DNA of 64,000 nucleotides from Legionellales bacterium UBA4759 (GTDB lineage Bacteria; Pseudomonadota; Gammaproteobacteria; Legionellales; Legionellaceae): NCBI GenBank assembly GCA_002403515.1, contig DHHZ01000127.1, positions 24,180 to 88,179 of the forward strand, read 5' to 3'. Shown piece by piece: positions 60,116 to 64,000 of this stretch (position 1 is its first letter; each line of letters starts with the position of its first letter). The notes under the pieces were generated by a model. It saw only the letters and a program-made list of their open reading frames with translations, ran no database searches and was not told where the DNA came from. The position numbers and the translations under genes were made by a program.

Positions 60116-60184
60116 CGAAAACCTTCTAGAGATTATGAAGACGCGTCTCTCAAAAATAGACTATTATTGGATTTTTGACAATGA

Positions 60185-61018
60185 TTATTCGTTGTTTTCA
60201 AAGTCAATGATGTCTTCTAAATGCAACCATTGATTTTGAGATTCTTGTTCTTTTTCCAATTGTTTGAAATCAAAAAGATTTTTGTCCATGAGTTGGCTTG
60301 GACGAACATTTTGTAAAGCATGTAAAATGTTACTTGGAACTTTTGGATTTTCTTCGGCCAAAGAATCAATAAGCTTCGCGACTTTTTTACGAGCTAGATT
60401 TTCTTGTGAACCACAAAGATTACAAGGAATGATTGGGAATGCTTGCTCATTGGCAAATTGAATAATATCTTTTTCCTGAACATAGCACATCGGGCGAATC
60501 ACAATGTGTTTGCCATTATCACTTAATAATTTGGGGGGCATTCCACTGATAGAACCATTGTATAAAATCGACATCATTAATGTACGAATTAAATCATCAC
60601 GATGATGACCTAAGGCAATTTTATTAAAACCATTTTCTTCTGCATATCGATAAATAATACCTCGTCTTAAGCGTGAGCATAAAGAACAGTAAGTTTGACC
60701 TTCAGGGATTTTTTCTTTAACGATGGAATAGGTATCTTTGGTTAAAATGGTGTGTGCAATATTTCTCTCATCCAGCCATGCTCTTAATTTACTATCATCC
60801 CAACCAGGCTGCGCCTGGTCTAAGGTAAATGCGTGCAATTCAAAAGCGAACTTAGCGCGTTTTTGTAAGTGTTTAAGCAGGGTCAGCATGGTAAAAGAGT
60901 CCTTGCCGCCAGACAAACAAACCATTACCCGGTCGCCTTTTTGGATCATTTGATAATCACCAATGGCTTTGCCTGTGTAATGCAGTAATTTTTTTTCAAT
61001 AGCTGTAAATTGAGTCAT
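60185..61018 (-). CDS. ttcA: tRNA 2-thiocytidine(32) synthetase TtcA
   Basis: PP-loop CLSGGKDS plus Cys motifs [10 protein letters not shown] and CNLCGSQ. Confidence 0.93.
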   Translation of the reverse strand: MTQFTAIEKKLLHYTGKAIGDYQMIQKGDRVMVCLSGGKDSFTMLTLLKHLQKRAKFAFELHAFTLDQAQPGWDDSKLRAWLDERNIAHTILTKDTYSIVKEKIPEGQTYCSLCSRLRRGIIYRYAEENGFNKIALGHHRDDLIRTLMMSILYNGSISGMPPKLLSDNGKHIVIRPMCYVQEKDIIQFANEQAFPIIPCNLCGSQENLARKKVAKLIDSLAEENPKVPSNILHALQNVRPSQLMDKNLFDFKQLEKEQESQNQWLHLEDIIDFENNE

Positions 61019-62046
61019 GATGTTTCTTTATTTTTCAAAATATAAGGGATTTTATAGGGTTTTTTGATAAGTGCAAATGTTTTTTCGAAAAAATTTAAGG
61101 AGTGAACCGGTTTTGCATTTGGGAAAAGAATAGTATTGCTTTGAAAAATTTCCCAAGGGTCTTTTTGATATAAACAAAAACCCATAGGTTCTTCTGGGTT
61201 AATATTGGCCAGAAACGCATGATAGTATTGGTTTGCGTACAAGGCATTGAGTTTAAGCTCAGTTTTATTTTGATTGAGTTTTATCGAATATTGCGGTAAT
61301 TCAGGTGTTTTTAAATTGATAAATTGTGAAATGGTTAAACGTTGACCCTCTTTGTCATACAAGCCTGCCAAAGCTGAATGTAAGCCATTTTTTTCCGGAA
61401 CTTGAATGGCAAACATTGCACCGCCATCTTGGAATCGGCATAAAATCTCTGAAAATGAGCGGGGATTCACATCGGCAAGGTTTTGCCAAACATTCTGGAT
61501 CCAAACCGCTTGGCTGGATACAAACTCTTCTTTGGATATATGAATATGACCATTGATTGAGCCTGACCAATATTGTTTAAGTTTAATGGTTGGTGTTAAA
61601 GACATTTTGGGGGTGATGACGGTTGGTTCCATCAAATCAATTTTCAGATTAAAAATTTGTTGTTTATTGTGCACATCCTGGCAACCAATGATTAAATTAT
61701 CATTGACGGCACTGTATTGCCAAAAAAAACGACCAATATTTTGAGGAGTGGAATTGTTATCATCTTGGCGGATGGTTTCTTCATGGTGCCAAAGTACTTT
61801 TTTATCACTTAAATCAAAGATTCCTGCATAAGCATGATAAAGTTTATGGTGGCGCTCTACGATAAACATAAAGCCATAGTAATCATCTTGTTCGTTATGT
61901 AAAAGTCCGCTGATGGTCCAGGTGTTTTTATTCGGTTGTGACAAATCCAAAAGATTGGGTGAGCGGATGGGGTCATTGGCAAAACAACTTAGGCCATGAA
62001 AAATTATAAAAATTATACCCAAATATTTGATTAGTTTTGAATTCAT
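61015..62046 (-). CDS. Secreted hypothetical protein, possibly AttH/CrtC-like lipocalin fold
   Basis: Signal peptide [23 protein letters not shown]. The [24 protein letters not shown] block loosely resembles the EWWYxTGxL...GFQxTFFR block of COG5621 proteins. Its stop overlaps the ttcA start (ATGA). Confidence 0.6.
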   Translation of the reverse strand: MNSKLIKYLGIIFIIFHGLSCFANDPIRSPNLLDLSQPNKNTWTISGLLHNEQDDYYGFMFIVERHHKLYHAYAGIFDLSDKKVLWHHEETIRQDDNNSTPQNIGRFFWQYSAVNDNLIIGCQDVHNKQQIFNLKIDLMEPTVITPKMSLTPTIKLKQYWSGSINGHIHISKEEFVSSQAVWIQNVWQNLADVNPRSFSEILCRFQDGGAMFAIQVPEKNGLHSALAGLYDKEGQRLTISQFINLKTPELPQYSIKLNQNKTELKLNALYANQYYHAFLANINPEEPMGFCLYQKDPWEIFQSNTILFPNAKPVHSLNFFEKTFALIKKPYKIPYILKNKETS

Positions 62047-62056
62047 CCGGCTTAAC

Positions 62057-63022
62057 TCACAGAATTAAAAAAAATTTTTCCCAAAAAAGCTCAGGAAGTT
62101 TCGCTTCAATGGCCAATTGATGAAGCGGTATATTTTGAAAACCCCGACATTTGATGGCATCCTTTTCTGTCATGATAATGCATGATTCTGGGATATCAAA
62201 ATCTTTTATCGAATATTGATGATGATCAGGGAATGGATAAGGCGTAAATTCTATATTTAAATCACTCAGTGTTTTAAAAAAACGCTCTGGATTACCTATT
62301 CCTGCAAAAGCTGCAATAGGTTTTTGCAAGGTCGGTAATTCTTTGGTTTTTAAATCAATTGAAAAAGTTTTATCTTTATAATCAGCGATAGTGTTTTTTA
62401 ATGCCTCGGATGGATGACCATTGATAAGGATAAAATCAACATTTTTTAAACGGTTTATTGGTTCGCGCAGGGGGCCAATCGGTAACAATGTGCAATTTCC
62501 AAATCCTCGCATACCATCAATGACTATAATTTCTATTTGACGGGACATGGCATAATGCTGAAGGCCATCATCACTAATGACGATATCGCACAATTGATGC
62601 TGATGTAGGTAGTCGACAGCTTGAGCTCTTTGAGGCGCAATGACTACAGGTACTTGTGTTTTTTCAAAAATCAGTGCTGATTCGTCGCCAATTTTTTGTG
62701 CATTATCTTCTTTTTGAACCAAATAAGGAAATGTCGACAATTGATTTTTGTAAGCTCGAGTCACAATTCCAACGCGATGACCTTTTGCTTTTAAGTATTC
62801 ACAAATTGCAATCACTACAGGTGTTTTGCCCGTGCCGCCAACAGTTAAATTGCCAACCACCACCACAGGCAGTGGCGATATTTGCTCATGGTGGATAATT
62901 TTATCTAGTTTTTGCCCTAACCAATAAGCCCAAGCCAAGGGTCTTAGCAAGAAACTAGGCTTTTGTGGACGATACCAATACCGATTAAGCCAAAGTGTCA
63001 GATGTTTCTTCATGCGATGCAC
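62057..63022 (-). CDS. lpxK: Tetraacyldisaccharide 4'-kinase
   Basis: P-loop VVVGNLTVGGTGKTP and DDGLQH motifs. An alternative start lies at 63013. Confidence 0.92.
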   Translation of the reverse strand: MHRMKKHLTLWLNRYWYRPQKPSFLLRPLAWAYWLGQKLDKIIHHEQISPLPVVVVGNLTVGGTGKTPVVIAICEYLKAKGHRVGIVTRAYKNQLSTFPYLVQKEDNAQKIGDESALIFEKTQVPVVIAPQRAQAVDYLHQHQLCDIVISDDGLQHYAMSRQIEIIVIDGMRGFGNCTLLPIGPLREPINRLKNVDFILINGHPSEALKNTIADYKDKTFSIDLKTKELPTLQKPIAAFAGIGNPERFFKTLSDLNIEFTPYPFPDHHQYSIKDFDIPESCIIMTEKDAIKCRGFQNIPLHQLAIEAKLPELFWEKFFLIL

Positions 63023-64000
63023 TCAAATGTTGAGCTCGATAGAGCTTGGCATAATGTCCATTTTTATCAAGTAAAGCTTGGTGAGAGCCTTGTTCCACAA
63101 TTTTTCCTTGCTTCATCACAAAGATAGTATCAGCAAATTGAATCGTAGATAGGCGATGAGCAATGATAATCATGGTTCTTTGGTGATGAAATTGCTCAAG
63201 TGCACGCTGAATATGTTGTTCAGTTTGATTATCCAGGGCAGCTGTTGCTTCATCAAGAATAAAAACAGGGGCATTTTTATAGATGGCGCGAGCCAAAGCC
63301 AAACGTTGTCGTTGTCCACCTGATAAAGTCAGACCATTTTCACCAATGATGGTTTGTAAACCGTCGGGCAATTGTTGAATGAAATCATAGGCATCGGCTT
63401 GTTGCATGGCGTTCAATAAACGTTGTTCATCGATATTTTTATCACCATAAGCAATATTAGAGGCGATGGTATCATTAAACAAAATGACGTGTTGGCTCAC
63501 CCAAGAAAATTGTTGGCGTAATTGTTGAAGCGATAACTTATCAATAGGTAGCTTATCAAGAGTAATTTGACCTTGTTGAATATCATAAAAGCGAGGTAAA
63601 AGATTGATTAAAGTGGTTTTTCCGCTACCCGATGAGCCCACCAAAGCAATGGTTCGTCCTGCAGGAATATGCATATTAAAATCTTCCAATACCCAATTTT
63701 CACCCTGATAAGCAAAATAAACATTTTTAAATTCAATGTCACCTTGAACGGCTGCCAATGATTCCTTGGCAACAAGGTCTTTTTCAAGATCTTGGTCAAG
63801 CAATTGAAAAATACTTTCAGCACCTGCAAATCCACGTTGAAGTGTGGCATTGAGTGTGGTCAGGGTTTTCATGGGTTTAATCAATTGAAGACCAGCTGCC
63901 GTAATAGCAACAAATGTTCCTGGGGTAATAGTGATGTGTTTGGCCAATTGAATAGCTGCAAAAATAATCACAGTCATGGCAATTGCAAGAATCATTTGAA
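62985..64000 (-). CDS. msbA: Lipid A export ABC transporter MsbA, C-terminal part (5' end beyond the window)
   Basis: The frame is open to nt 64000. Walker A GSSGSGKTT, signature LSGGQRQRLALARA, Walker B ILDEATAALD. Located upstream of lpxK as in many Gram-negatives. Confidence 0.9.
   Translation of the reverse strand, partial: QMILAIAMTVIIFAAIQLAKHITITPGTFVAITAAGLQLIKPMKTLTTLNATLQRGFAGAESIFQLLDQDLEKDLVAKESLAAVQGDIEFKNVYFAYQGENWVLEDFNMHIPAGRTIALVGSSGSGKTTLINLLPRFYDIQQGQITLDKLPIDKLSLQQLRQQFSWVSQHVILFNDTIASNIAYGDKNIDEQRLLNAMQQADAYDFIQQLPDGLQTIIGENGLTLSGGQRQRLALARAIYKNAPVFILDEATAALDNQTEQHIQRALEQFHHQRTMIIIAHRLSTIQFADTIFVMKQGKIVEQGSHQALLDKNGHYAKLYRAQHLSASHEETSDTLA

Noticed and set aside
60150..60159. 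The 10-bp perfect palindrome agacgcgtct between ttcA and SulP-CA copy 2.
   Set aside because: It is too short, has no loop and no T-run, and lacks a second copy or an obvious regulatory context.

Overview
AT-rich gammaproteobacterial chromosome segment. Assigning it to a Legionellales-like intracellular bacterium is an inference from gene content only. About two thirds is conserved housekeeping: kdpB(partial)-kdpC-kdpD, uvrA, rplU-rpmA-obg, rplY-pth-ychF, ispB, a complete leucine-catabolism (liu) operon, nrdAB, pmbA, infA, rpsT, murJ, an M17 aminopeptidase, nspC, proS, ttcA, lpxK and msbA(partial). Three accessory patches sit between these. (1) 23.1-29.9 kb holds a patatin-like phospholipase, an orphan ketosynthase, and an sdhE gene translationally coupled to a eukaryotic-like tubulin-tyrosine-ligase (TTL) ATP-grasp gene, followed by a methyltransferase and a 478-aa orphan protein. 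(2) 30.6-36.6 kb is a very AT-rich islet with an ABC exporter divergent from a single-module NRPS. I read the NRPS as C-A(Asn-like)-T-E, the ClbN-type N-acyl-D-Asn architecture, but with no downstream assembly line, thioesterase or ClbP-like peptidase in the window. This is my top candidate for an undescribed system. (3) 50.5-60.1 kb holds a 1213-aa coiled-coil orphan protein preceded by a 72-aa RHH-like ORF. That small ORF ends in a canonical A_AAA_AAG -1 slippery heptamer, and the -1 frame runs open into the large ORF. The same patch holds an APH-fold kinase and two tandem SulP-beta-carbonic-anhydrase paralogues. Their cytoplasmic halves are about 97% identical at nucleotide level with 1 aa change, while their membrane halves are strongly diverged. 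Also noted: a KdpD whose H-box lacks the phospho-accepting His and has no kdpE, a Pro/Ala/Glu tandem-repeat lipoprotein, and a decayed membrane-protein gene. I found no rRNA, tRNA, CRISPR array, transposase or integrase.
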